Positions 13,461 through 26,710 of a DNA stretch of 64,000 nucleotides are shown in pieces (the stretch's first letter is position 1; each line of letters starts with the position of its first letter). Made by a program: the position numbers and the translations under genes. This DNA comes from Perkinsus chesapeaki ATCC PRA-425 (Eukaryota > Protista > Perkinsozoa): contig JAAPAO010000047.1 in assembly GCA_013115145.1 (NCBI GenBank), positions 40,425 to 104,424 on the forward strand, in the 5' to 3' direction. A model generated the notes under the pieces. That model ran no database searches. It worked only from the letters and a program-made list of their open reading frames with translations, and had not been told where the DNA came from.

Positions 13461-15976
13461 ATGCGGCAACTGAAACAGTTGAATACCACAGACATTGCCG
13501 CTGTCGCTCGAGCGATGGCATCCATGGGCTATCGCGATACCTTTGTACTGAATGGCCTGGCAGATGCTATGTGGTGCCTCGCTAAGGTTGGTAAGCAGCA
13601 GCGGACGGTTCACCATTGATGAGTTAGATGAGGCGAGGAAAGCTGTTTGACTCATCGGAGATACTCTATTCCTTCCGGAAATTGAACTTCATTCCAAGAA
13701 TGGTCGCGCTCGATGCTATTACGGCCGACTTGAGGAGACAAGGCTGGGATAAGTACAAGTGGCGCAGCGCCGACATTTCCAGAATCTTTTTGTGAGGACT
13801 CTGAAAGGAGCTTGTGGGTAATTATGCTCCACTGGTCAGATACTACTCCTCCCTGCCGCCGAGGGTAGCGGACAAGCTTCGCGACCAAGATTTCCTTCCT
13901 GATTTAGAGGCCCACATTGAAGCTAAGCTTGGAAGAATGTCCGCAAGGGATCTCTCGTTGATATCTCGAGCCACTAGCATTGATCTTGATCGCATCACTG
14001 AGGCGTTGCTGCGGTCGAAGGACATCTCTACCGATAACTTGCTTTACTACTGCGTTACGCTCTTGAAGGCGGGGGTCACCAGACCACCGGCAAACTTCAT
14101 GAATCGCGTGAGGCGCGAAATTGACTCGACCTTCACGCAGCTGAAACCGGCTCAAGTGGAAAGATTCCTGCACATTTTTATGAACTTCGAGAACTTCAGT
14201 GATGAGAGGATTCTTACGTGTTTGGCGCGCGCCACGGAATCCAACTTGGAACGGATGAGCCAGCGGCGGCTGAGGTCGATTCTCCTTGCCTTTTATCGTC
14301 TTTGCAAAGCCAATAACTCTATGCTGCCCCAGTTGGCAGCGAGAGTGCGAGCGACTGTTCCTCGAGAAGATATCCACGCAGAGACAATCGTCATGCTTAT
14401 GCGTGCTTTCACCGCCGAGACACCTTTGAAACAGCAACAGAATATCCGGCTCATTATGAATGACCTTGGGCGGCAATTGGTCGAGCGGCTGAAGCCCAGA
14501 GGGCAACCGCTAGGGCGAAAAGCACGAGACAGCGGAGCCGCCACCCCGAACATCACTACGGACTCGGGGAGTAGGCATATGGAGGCAGTCGTACCAACAA
14601 AGAATATAGAGACTTCGAAGCTCGAGGCCGGGGCAGGCCGCCGCAGGGAAGAGCAAGCTTCGCCTCCTTCGCCAGCTGCGGCGCGAACGAGCGTCGAGGA
14701 AACGGCGGCCCGGAACGGAGACCAGATTTTAAGTATCAAGTATGCACCAGTCAGCTCCACCGTAGACGATGAAGCTGGCATGGAGTTGGATGAAGATCAG
14801 CTTGCTGTGCTCAAGCAAATGGAAGAGGAAGTTGAAATTATGCAAAGTGTGAAATCTCACGAGATCGCTGGCAAGGAAGCGGCCGAGATGAGTACGCCTC
14901 TTGACCTCGGTCCCAGAGGTGAATATGAGGAATATATCAACTCGGATAGGGTGCCCCGCCTAATGCACGTTATTGCTGGTAAACACCCTGCACACAATCG
15001 GCTAGTGCGCAAACTGAGGCGTATGGAGAGGAAGTTGGCCGATGTTTACCCCGACAAGGACGATGATGAGCCTGTGATAAGGTCTCGAGAATACAGGGAG
15101 GTCGTTCGGCGATGGAAGGCCCGGAAATCGAGGGAGCTCACCGGTGTGGAAAAACACCGACTGGCTGCCGGCTTCGAGAGATTCACTATTCGGTGGAGGA
15201 AATGGAGGCGAAGAATTCTTGCTCGGTACACCAACGTGGACTTTGATTCATTGAAAAAAAGCGGACCCGCTAAACTAAGAAGCGGCGTACCCCGACCTAA
15301 GAAGCTAGCCTATCCACAGAAAAACTTCTTAGCGTTGAGAAAGAGCGTCGCCTTAGCTGAGGCGTTGAAGGACTCAGAGGGATTGGCTTGCCGGTCTGAA
15401 ATATACGAGTGTCTGGTGCGAAATGCCCGGACGCATATTCGGGTCATTACTGACGCCAAGACAGCGGTGGACGAATTTTCCGAACTTCTTGTGGCCATCT
15501 CGGCCAGCGGCGAGCAATTTGATGCGTTGGATGGACCTGTTGTGGCTGGGCTCACAGAAGCTTTGAAGCGAGATGGAGCGAACGGTGCGTACTTAAACTT
15601 GGCTACTGCCTATACCGAAATAACGAATTACACTGGTGAGGTAGATAAGGACGTTGCACGCTCGTTGCTTGATCGATGCTTGGACGACCCGAGTGTGCGA
15701 CCTGATGATCTTGTGATACATGCTCGGGCCGTAACGGTTTTGGTTACCGCAATTGGAGAGAGAAGACAGGAGGTGAAGCATCGTGTGGCTAGCGCATTGG
15801 CAACCCCATCAACTGAGGTTCTCTCTTCGGCATCGGTGCTCCAGAATTCTCTGGCATGCCTATATATTCTCGGGGAGGATGTCAAACCAGTGTGCAAGCG
15901 CTTGTCACTGAGTGAGGAAACGGTCGAGAGGGCTGCGGCGGCGATACGTGCACGTTTTCCGTATGTTTCTGCATGA
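13461..15976 (+). CDS. Helical-repeat (heptatricopeptide/RAP/FAST-like) putative organellar RNA-binding protein; 5' end unresolved
   Basis: 720-codon open frame plus upstream exons (MRQLKQLNTTDIAAVARAMASMGYRD; ILYSFRKLNFIP). Repeated ~37-40 aa units such as LERMSQRRLRSILLAFYRL and LKPAQVERFLHIFMNF. Family assignment is by pattern only. Confidence 0.6.
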
Positions 15977-16718
15977 TGTTTCTTTCACTTGTCATACTGT
16001 CGCGTTCGATAGTTGAGTTAAACACTCCTTGCGAGTTAAAGAAACAGTTACATCGCTATCAGCACAATTCGAGCACAGGACAAGAATATATGGCACAAAC
16101 AGAGCTTAGGGGGGTCAAGAAAGTTCCTGTCGTCTACGGTAGACGGTCTACCCACTACTGCGGTAGAGTCCACACGTTGATCCCACAAACATTATCAACC
16201 TGTCATGCCAGTTCCGAATTCCGGCCACTTAGGCTCTTCAAAAGAATACTTTCGAGTGAAATAAATAATTGATGACGGCCAGGTGTTACACGTTTGTTGA
16301 AATACTTCGCGTAAAGTCTTAGAAGATTCGGAGATGAAGACTCCCGTTGACTCTTTTTCAGTCAGTCGCAACTCGCTCTAAAGTTGATACTTCATGTAAC
16401 TCGGGTTTGAAACCGCTGGATTCAATGACATGGCGCGAGGTAGCCCACAATTGCGCCATGGAGAGGGCTCGATGCTAGCTTACTATTACGCAGACGTCAT
16501 TAGAACCGTGGCTATGTCTTGACCACGTTGTGTGTTGACTACACTGATACTACGTACGCATTGTAAGGTACGATGTTCGATAAGGATACAACAACCAATC
16601 TTCGCCAATCTATTGTGCGGACGTGGCGCACTCACCAGAACGGCTCACGTCACCTAACAGTGGAAGCGCGTCACTGGATGGTAATTCAAGACAGAGGCAC
16701 AGCTGAAAGGCGTTCATA

Positions 16719-18371
16719 ATGCGACTCTCTTCCTTCATTATTACTCTGGGCCGATACGTGAGCGCGGAAGGCTTCGCTGGCGGCGCCCAACACTACGAGT
16801 TCATAACCGAAGTGAGGCAACATTGTGTCCAGGATGCTGTGGACGCTCATGACAATCTGATACCGTGCAAAGAGTCCAGAAAAGCTGAGACGCTTGGGAT
16901 GACATTGCCTGGAATGGAAGATGGTATTTTGACTACAAGGAGCCATACTATTGTTACTGCTGATGGGGAAGTTGCTGTAGAGGCTCATCCTAGCCATCCG
17001 TATCAGTACTTCATGAACATCAAGACAGCCGATAGCTATCGAGTTGAACATCTAGTCGGTGGTCGAAGCTACCTGGTCGGTGAAATTGCAACGCATCCAC
17101 GAGTGGCTCCGACATTTGGCGGGTCGGCAACTCTCGAAGAGGATGAATGGACTTTTGACGAATCCAGGTGCGCTGGTAACACATGTGAAGATGTATGGAC
17201 TAAAGACAGTCTCGTTGAGCCCGGGACACCTAATGGCATACACTTCACTGCTATGTACTCCAGCAACCTTATGCCAAACAAGTGGACTCTTTATATGAAC
17301 CACTACGATTATACGCCATTACGAATCGTTGCCTCCAATGACATGCATGAGGGAACGGTTCACCAGGAAGTTATCTTTAAAAGGTTCCACAAACACAGTG
17401 GACATCTATCGGTGCTCGAGGCCCGTGAACGCCTCTTGGATATATATCAAACTAAAAGTGATGCTCGCGGACTCAGCCCGGTGGAAGCAGGAGGTCTTGC
17501 CGGGCATACACACCATTTCAGAAGCCAGTTGCTTCATGGTATGATACCCGAAATATCCAGACTGCCATCCGTCCTATCCGACTGGCACCAAATCAACGAC
17601 TCTACTGGCGTCGCCACTATACGGTATGATATTATCGAACCTGGGTCAGCTGCGGACTTGTACTTCTCAGCTCTTGAGGATCGGCGTGTGTTAAATGAAG
17701 TGATGGACTTTGAGTACCCCAAGGGATGCGCTAAGAAAAATATTTCAGATCACTACTGTCTGTCTGTAGATGCAAACGAGACAGTAGCAGAGGACCAGTT
17801 CAGCTTGGAGGCTGGTATCACTATCCCCGATGTTCATCATCCTGCTGATACTGCAACACTAAAACTCCATGCCATTCTAGGTCTCAAGAATGACAACGGC
17901 TTAGCCCTCGACTTCTCCCTCGAGGCCCAAGGATGTGCAGTGGTGTGGCAAGGAGGCGTGGTTGTGAGTCTAGCAGTTACGGCTTGTCTATCGGCTCATG
18001 CTACTGGGCACGACTTGCTCGATCCAGCTACCAGGACTTTCAGTGGCGCCATTACCGTTTCTATTATTTTCCATCTAAAGATTCCCAAATGGCATGTTCC
18101 CGCTGCGGTGCAAGTAGATGGAACTATCGGCTGCTCAGCTCACCCGTCTAATAATATCACGGCTTTTGGAAGACTGGGTGTAACTGTCAGTGTTCCCCAT
18201 GCAGGGGCCAGCATGATCTTCGATTTGGCCGCAGCAACCACTGACCACAAAGCAAACAGATGGGAGTTCGCTTCCGGTGTGAGCCTTTCTGCGTGGGTGA
18301 AAGTGTGGTTCTGGAAACCTCGATGTGATCGGAGGTTTCCTTTGTGGCATGTAGGCCCTACAACTTTTTAG
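16719..18371 (+). CDS. Intronless 550-aa putative secreted protein with a C-terminal beta-strand-rich domain (orphan family)
   Basis: Uninterrupted 550-codon ORF in an intron-dense genome. Short hydrophobic N-terminus (MRLSSFIITLG) and an alternating hydrophobic/polar C-terminal ~200 aa. Confidence 0.8.
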   Translation: MRLSSFIITLGRYVSAEGFAGGAQHYEFITEVRQHCVQDAVDAHDNLIPCKESRKAETLGMTLPGMEDGILTTRSHTIVTADGEVAVEAHPSHPYQYFMNIKTADSYRVEHLVGGRSYLVGEIATHPRVAPTFGGSATLEEDEWTFDESRCAGNTCEDVWTKDSLVEPGTPNGIHFTAMYSSNLMPNKWTLYMNHYDYTPLRIVASNDMHEGTVHQEVIFKRFHKHSGHLSVLEARERLLDIYQTKSDARGLSPVEAGGLAGHTHHFRSQLLHGMIPEISRLPSVLSDWHQINDSTGVATIRYDIIEPGSAADLYFSALEDRRVLNEVMDFEYPKGCAKKNISDHYCLSVDANETVAEDQFSLEAGITIPDVHHPADTATLKLHAILGLKNDNGLALDFSLEAQGCAVVWQGGVVVSLAVTACLSAHATGHDLLDPATRTFSGAITVSIIFHLKIPKWHVPAAVQVDGTIGCSAHPSNNITAFGRLGVTVSVPHAGASMIFDLAAATTDHKANRWEFASGVSLSAWVKVWFWKPRCDRRFPLWHVGPTTF

Positions 18372-18938
18372 ATTTTTATTAGGGATCATTTCCCACGTTT
18401 TACTCCGTGGATTTTTGGGGGTTTTCATTTATCCCAATTCATCATTTATGGGTGCATCGAAGAGCTTTGGAACGACGAAGTCTACAAGCTCTCCGGTTTC
18501 CCATTCAGAGAATTTCGGTGCCGAAAGTAGTACAGTAGTTTTACCGGAAATTATGTGCTGATTTCACTTGTCAATTAACGACAAGATTCTGTGAGCTCCG
18601 TCCGGCGAAGCAGCCTGGGCAGGTTTTGTCCGACATTAGAACCGCAAGAGATTTCCAGGGTTTGGCTTGAAACGCGCAGTGTTACCGGGATTGCAGTGAA
18701 CCTTCAAAGGGCTTCAAGTCTTCAACTAATGTAGCTTGAATATTAGTTATTCAGATTTCAAACACATCAATTATCGTTACACTTCTCGAGTTCGACCCGT
18801 AGCTTTGGTACGTTAGGACGTCCATCTCATTAAACTCATAATACAAGACATTTAATTATGGACAGTGAGTTTAGCGAATCTTATGAATCATTTTACCGTC
18901 GAGTTAGTAAAGCTATCAGTTAGCAGAATAGCAAGATA

Positions 18939-20959
18939 TTAAGTCGACCCTTCAATGGGCCGAAATGTTTGTGGTGTTGCAAGTTCCTGAGAAAGATATC
19001 CCCAAGCAAGACACAAACGGCGTTACATTGCCGCCGGACGGCAGCGAGATTTCTCCATGCTCCATCTCCTTTGGGCGCAGAAGCTTCTCGAGAATCTTCT
19101 CTGGAACCATCGTCAGATGCGCTCTCCCTAAGCGTGCAAGCTCCTCCTTAGTTTTCCCTGCCGCTTACACCGATACACTATCAGTTTCTTCCCCTTCCTC
19201 TTCGGTACGGCTCTCGGGGGCCTCCTCAGTCAGAGGTTCGCTCTTCGACTCCCACTCATCAGAGTAAGCTTTCTTAGCTAAACTCGATGCATCGCCATCC
19301 TCCTACACAAAAAATCCATTTTCAATTCCGCCCACCAATATACTTTAGTAAGATCGCTCCTTGTTATTCCCATCTTGCGAAGGCGACACTCTTCAGCCAG
19401 CCGATAAGCCCGAGCAAACCCGAACCTGCGCCGAATCGGCGTCAAGTGCCAGCAGGGACCAAATCGGTGGCTACTTTTTTATAGAGAAAGTCTTACTCTT
19501 AACCTTGCCATCTTCATCCCAGCGAGCCATCCAACTCCGGGCTACAAGACAACAGTTTGCCGCAACGACATAACGGTTCATTCATCATACTCCCCCCGAC
19601 CCATGTGATGCCTTTCACTCTAGGATGAGCACTCGGTGGTGGAGCTGGTACGACCCTCGATCTATTGCCAGAATCGAACTGGTGGTGAGCATCGCTGCGG
19701 TGGACCTCAAGGACAGTCGTCCCGTATTAGAAGCGGGAATATTGTTACCCTATCGAACCCTTCCGCACGAGCAACCTTCGAGGCTCGATGCGTATCACTT
19801 TGGTCATCCTCTTGCGGCCGCTCTTGACGCCTACTTATCACCATTATTACTCTTACTCCCTTCCCACTGCTACTTTATGCCATAGAACTTCTCCATCTCA
19901 GCCCCCCATGCCGCTCGGAGGTCGGACCGTTCCTGTAGTAAATTGTGCCTGAAGGTTATTATCTCATATTACCGAGTTATCCGCTCCGTTCCTATCTGTC
20001 CATGATGCACCAGAAGGTTGACTCTGAAACCAACAGCAGGCATTCACGTCATCCCTCGCAATGGCTTCTCACCGAGTGTGCAGCATGTCCAATCCGAGCA
20101 GCCCACGCTCCCCCAGGGGATGTCGCAGAGGAGGAGGCAGGACCGCCAGTGGTCCTAATAATAGAGTCAAGATCACCAATATACGACCATCCCAAACTTC
20201 CACTCTTCAGCTTAGGTCGCCTCACATAAAAATACCGGAAAGATAACAACAAGCAACGATCCCGCCAAAGGGGATTCCTCGGATGGCTAGACCCAGACTA
20301 ATCCTAATATCTCCATCGGCAAAGGGGATCCAACAATTTCTCTCCCATGGACGCGGCAGATTTCCTCTAGTAATACCCCGCAAGCCCCTGTACCTCATAG
20401 ATTGAGCAGGAAATGGTGCTCGTTGACTGGTTGGTGATGGGGAGTGTCCTGTATGACTCCCTGCTGAAGTGTGCATTGCCGCCGCTTGGGTCATCCTCGC
20501 GTAAGAAGTAGCGTAGTTCCTCCGGAACTGAACGTTGATAGTTATCTCAAGCTGACGGAACGGCTTACTACCTTGGCCCACTCCAAGCCAAGTCTTTGTT
20601 TTTCATATTCCACTCGTCTTCGCTCATTCTTGAGGGCGAACAACAGAGTGGCGAGGGATTCCAGAGTCGATTCCAGTGCAGACTGAAACAAGGTGCAGGC
20701 TGCAGTACTAGGCTAGTGAACAACTTACAAGGGCATCGATATTGGTAGTGACCGAGGAACTGGCTTGTCGCTGATGGGGCGCACCACAGCCCAGTTCGGA
20801 CAGCATGCCCGGCCCGCTGGTAAACAGCGGTGGAGGAGGCGGACTTCCGTGATCCATTCTTGGGTAAATCTTCAAGCACAGCCAACACCGAGACGGGGCC
20901 ACTCCTGAGCTCTTTGGAGACGAGACGCCGACGAGGATGATGACGATGTCTCGCGCCAC
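18939..20959 (-). CDS. Hypothetical multi-exon low-complexity/coiled-coil protein (5' end uncertain)
   Basis: Minus-strand exons with GT-AG borders read ..LESTLESLATLLFALKNERRRVEYEKQRLGLEWAK.., ..SEEWESKSEPLTEEAPESRTEEEGEETDSV.. and ..ELATPQTFRPIEGST* (stop 18941-18939). No recognisable domain. Confidence 0.45.
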
Positions 20960-21337
20960 GCTAATTCACTGAGAACGCAAGACTGAGGTGCAGGAAGCGT
21001 CGCTGCTGTTGCTAGCCGTAGGCAGTATATTCATAGGAGAGTATAGTACGATGGTAATTAATGGCAACGATCATGCTAATATCCGAACGAGACTTAAATG
21101 TCTCATCGGTACCACGATTGCCATAGAGTAATAATACAGTAATACGAAACCAGCAACAACAATCAATCGAGTGACATACACCGAGACGACGGTCATGAGA
21201 GGCTTACAGAAATAAACAGTAGAAAGCAGGTGTAACGTTTAGAGCTCTTTTCATGGGCCTATCAACCGAGACTGCGATGACCGTTAACTGCTGTTGTTGT
21301 TGTTAGTTCGAAAAGTAGTACTGCAACCATAGGAGGT

Positions 21338-21876
<539 letters not shown>

Positions 21877-22361
21877 TTAAGAATAACGAAGGGAAAATAA
21901 CAATGCCTACTGGTCTCTTTCGAATACGCCTGTGACGTAGGTTAAAAACGCAATTAATAAAACCCAGAAACTGTTGATCGATGTTGATGCAGACTATCCT
22001 GTGTTCATGGCTCAAAGCTCTACCTTCTCGCCACTACCCAGAGGGTGACGGCTATCGAGAGGGACAGAGATTGTGCCAATAACGATGTTGATGTTAATGC
22101 TGAGGTGTAAACAATCTTATAAACATTGATTCCTAGAATAGTAATAACTATATCTGAGCCTCTGCCACCGCCGCCGCTACCGCCCATTGTGTAATGACGC
22201 AACTGCTGATGGTGGTCTAATGGCAACTGACAATATCAGTGTAACAAGTGTATTAAGTACGGTAACAGCATCATCATAATCATCACCGATGCCTAAGGTC
22301 ACCATCAGTTCGTCTTAAGCTGCATGGGCAGCAGCAGCAGTAGTAGCTAGTTCTCTCTTCT

Positions 22362-22894
<533 letters not shown>

Positions 22895-23169
22895 TTAAAT
22901 TCAAGGGAAAACTGAAATACCAAATTAACGAAAAATGACAAGTTCGCGATAAGTTAGCCATCAAGGGTGCGATCCCTGAAGTGGTAGCAAAGCGAGTGAT
23001 ATCAGGAGAGCTAGCGTTTACAGTAGAAGGCCTCTAAACTTGACAAGGGACTAGCGGCACATTGTTTGAATTCTGTTAAACGTTACATGCATTTACATAT
23101 TTTTAATGAAGGCTAAGCGCAAGTTCCACAAGAGGGGCCAAGCTGACCTATTTTGAATCTAAGGGATAT

Positions 23170-25580
23170 GCCCGTAATGGCCGAAGCGGACAGATATTGT
23201 GGAGAAGACAACGTTCAAGAACGAGCAGTGCGACACAAATCCGCTGAGCCGCCAACAGCTAGGCCGTTTTAAAACATGCGAGTACTTCCGTAAACGAAAT
23301 TACTCGCGCATAATCGTTCGTATCTCACTTGTTTCTTGGGAGAACCTACTATGAGTCGCAGTAGCACACTGAGTGATGCTACAACCCGGCTTGATGAGTA
23401 CCTCAGCAGCCAAGAAGGAATAGAACTCCCATATAGAGCTGTGGGTTTGACTTGAGAATGATTAGTTGTCATTACTGGTCATCCCACCAGGTGACACCGA
23501 ATCAACCTGAAAAGTATCCTGTGAAGACCATCTTGTACTCTCAAGGCATTCCTGTGGCTAGAAAAGTAAGCTCTGTCCTTGCTATAGGTTTGAGCTCTAT
23601 CCTCAGACAGTCCATCACAGTCTGGATACTTCCAAGGTTGGATTGATAAGGAGTAGCGACACGTACAGGCGGGTGAGTGAGCCGTCTGAGATTTCCTTTC
23701 TACGGACAGGAAGTTTATCAACGGATTGGTATGTGGAAAACTCAATTGATAAGGAAATCGTCGGTATGGGAAATTGCTTTATGAGATTTCCCAAAGGAGG
23801 TGAATACATCCAAATCATCCTTTTACTTTGGAAGTTCATAATCCAATCACCTCTGAGCGGATTCTCCAGCGCTAGCTCAGATTCTCTTCTTCAAGCTCTT
23901 CGGATGTAGCCTGTCGCACATATGCTCACCTTTTCACGGCTTAACAGGTTCGTCTTAGGCCCTTGATGATGCCACCGATCATCGACCCGAGCCTACCTGG
24001 AGTGTAAGTGTTTCGCTTGGCCTAGGGGGGTTATTTAGTAGCTTGTTTGTGTGCTAGACCTACCTCGGGGTGGTTTACGTTGTGAACTGCGGTAGTGGGG
24101 TGAATCTTTCATCTGGCTACGGGAGTTCCTGTGCTTGTTAGATAAATACAAGGCTGCTATGACTTATATGATCTGAAGCTTCTTGTCATTTATCACATGA
24201 AATTCCTCCATGTCCTCGTTCCCGCTTTAAGTGTCGGTAGGTCCCACTGAGTCGTAGCTCCTATACTCCAGCCGAATGCAAAGTGTCCGCGTTGGACTTG
24301 CCGCCGGCTAAATTTGAATGTGATGATGAAGTTGTGTCGGAATACCTGCGAGGTTTGAGAAGGATGATGAGTACATCCCGCGGCCGTATCAGTTCCAGCC
24401 AAGAGGAGTTCTTTCAAAGGTGGGTTTCTTTGTCGTAGGGCGGCGGCACTGAAATCGATGTGTGCGGTCAGACGCGCCGAGAAACTGCACGAGACGCTGA
24501 CACGGCGGCTGGGAAAGATGAGTATGTATTACGAATGCACGGGTTGGATGTTTCCTCAGTTTCGCGACGAAGTAAAACGGAGCGTAGAAGGCGAAGCCGG
24601 TTGAGAGGTGTGGATCTGAGTCCAGTCTCAATCGATGGGGATATGAGCCCGAGAAGGCCACCTCAGAGGATCAAGTCATCTAGGTAGTATGAGGGGCGAG
24701 TGTACTGCAGTTCATTATGTTAGCTGGGTTACAATCTTATCGTATTTTTGCTGAACCTGGACTTTTTGGAGATCAATGCCGATTCTCTGATCACCATCTT
24801 GTGTTTTGCTACAAATTGAAAGCTTGACTGAGATGCTTTATCACCTAATTCCTGTGTCTTCTATCCCTCGGTGCTTCTAATCCATACCGTATGTACCTCT
24901 ACCGCTTCAAAAATTTCCCAAATTTTTCCTGATATTTTCCTTCCTCCTTCCTAACACACGTAGGTGATGACCAGACGAGTGAGTTGCTGTCACTGGAATC
25001 CAGTGCTACTAAAAGTTTCATTCTCTACGCTATTATTGTTAACCTTCGCTATATATTTACATCTAAAGCTTCCCTACCCTCAGCCCATTGTCACGTCGGA
25101 TGATCGCCGATGATTACTATGTAGACCGAGGACTGCGTAGTAGCAGTCAGGGAAGGAGGGTGATGTAATTGTTATGGCTGTATTGAGTATCGGTACGTGT
25201 TCAGAGCTCGGAAATTCAAGCCTCTAGGTCTGGCTGGGGGTTGCCTAGGCACTCGGTTGAATCATTGCCGAGATCCACGCCTGAGAGGTAATTTCGCCCC
25301 GCATTCGAGCTGCTGTAATGGCCCATACCACTCCTTTGTCAGTTCCTGCGTGGGCTACCCTGTGCATCATTCACGACAAATTCCCTGTCGCCGTTCATGT
25401 GATACTTTTGAGATACTTTCAGCAGATGGGAGTAGAAAGCCCGAACCTATTCTAATAACTGGCTTTGAGGAATTCGACGAGGAATCAAAAGAGAGGAGGC
25501 GAGAGTCTGGCAGAGTGCTCATTGGGTCTACGGAAGATATATACGCCGCAATGGAGCAGGATACTGCGAAAGACAAGTGA
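23170..25580 (+). CDS. Hypothetical multi-exon protein (structure unresolved)
   Basis: Series of short GT-AG-bounded plus-strand open segments, including EINADSLITILCFA (~24770) and a last exon EPILITGFEEFDEESKERRRESGRVLIGSTEDIYAAMEQDTAKDK*. Confidence 0.35.
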
Positions 25581-25789
25581 GCTGCTGGAAGTGCGAGTGT
25601 CAAGTGATTGGGTTCGGGTCGACTAGGAAGACATTTACTTTTGTGTGGGTGAGAAATACTTTAGTTTGGAATGGATGACCATTTCGGATCGTTGATTTAG
25701 GCAGATGAAGGCAAAGATAGTGTGCTTCAATTACTAAGAGGGAACATATGTTGTAACTTTGAAGATAATGTTCTAGCAACAAGGCTTGC

Positions 25790-26470
25790 TGCTTTGCATC
25801 TCACACTCGATGGAAAACAGTGACCGGCTCATCGCATCACTCATCATCGTTTGGTGTGATTCTCTCTCATTTTTTCTGTCAGGTTCAGGAAATGTACAGA
25901 GCTGCCTCATCTGCCTAGGGAACCTAATCAAGGTCGTGTTGCGTTCGTACGTTATACCATATTTTTGTTTAATCGTATTTAGGTAGTGGATGTCGCTTTA
26001 CTTCTATTGACTTCATGGATAGTCGGAAGTCAGCTTTGTTGTTATCGAAGAGCTCACCACCAAGATAGCCATCAGTCCCACGGAGAACCATGTGAGCAGT
26101 AGTAGATTTGATGACAATGGGGTCAGTGGGTGAATACCCTTGCGCAGAAAGATCCACATATGCACATGATATTGTAAAATGTAGAATACTAAAATTTACA
26201 TAACTGAGCTTGTGGAAAATATAAATGTATTTTCGGAATTGGTCCGCAATAGGGTTGACTCGGAATATCTGTTTGATTTGTACTTGTTGGAGTTTACACC
26301 TTGTTTTAATTAGCGTATGTGGCAGCATGCCAAGTATGCCCCCGTACTTCAGTTACTTCGACCATGTCCAGTTTCCATCATCATTACCATTGTTGTTGTT
26401 GTATCGATTTGAGCTTTGTCCTCGATGCTGCCTGGGAGGGAGGATGACCTCTACATTCGGATATCTGCAG
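25790..26470 (-). CDS. Hypothetical multi-exon protein, probable (boundaries uncertain)
   Basis: Exon-like segments YPNVEVILPPRQHRGQSSNRYNNNGNDDGNWTWS and DLSAQGYSPTDPIVIKSTTAHMVLRGTDGYLGGELFDNNKADFRLSMKSIE between AT-rich intron-like spacers. Confidence 0.35.
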
Positions 26471-26710
26471 AAATCCGGCCATTATAATCAAAATCAAGAA
26501 TATTAAAAGTTATTCAAGCTAGTATGATTCGGATGATTTTGAGGGGAATTCCATCCTTCAAAATTCTCGTATGCATGAGCATGCGCCCCTTAATAAGGTC
26601 CAATGGATTCTACCGTTGTCATTTCACTGGTCACTTGGTTGCTAGCGAATCTATTAGCTCAATTGAGACGCTGATGGGCTTTGTACGAGTACAAGGTTGC
26701 ATACAGTTGC

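Noticed and set aside
13843-15897. Several 60-200 aa minus-strand ORFs overlapping the 720-aa ORF
   Set aside because: They are antisense shadows of a long GC-richer coding exon, with no motifs or independent signals.
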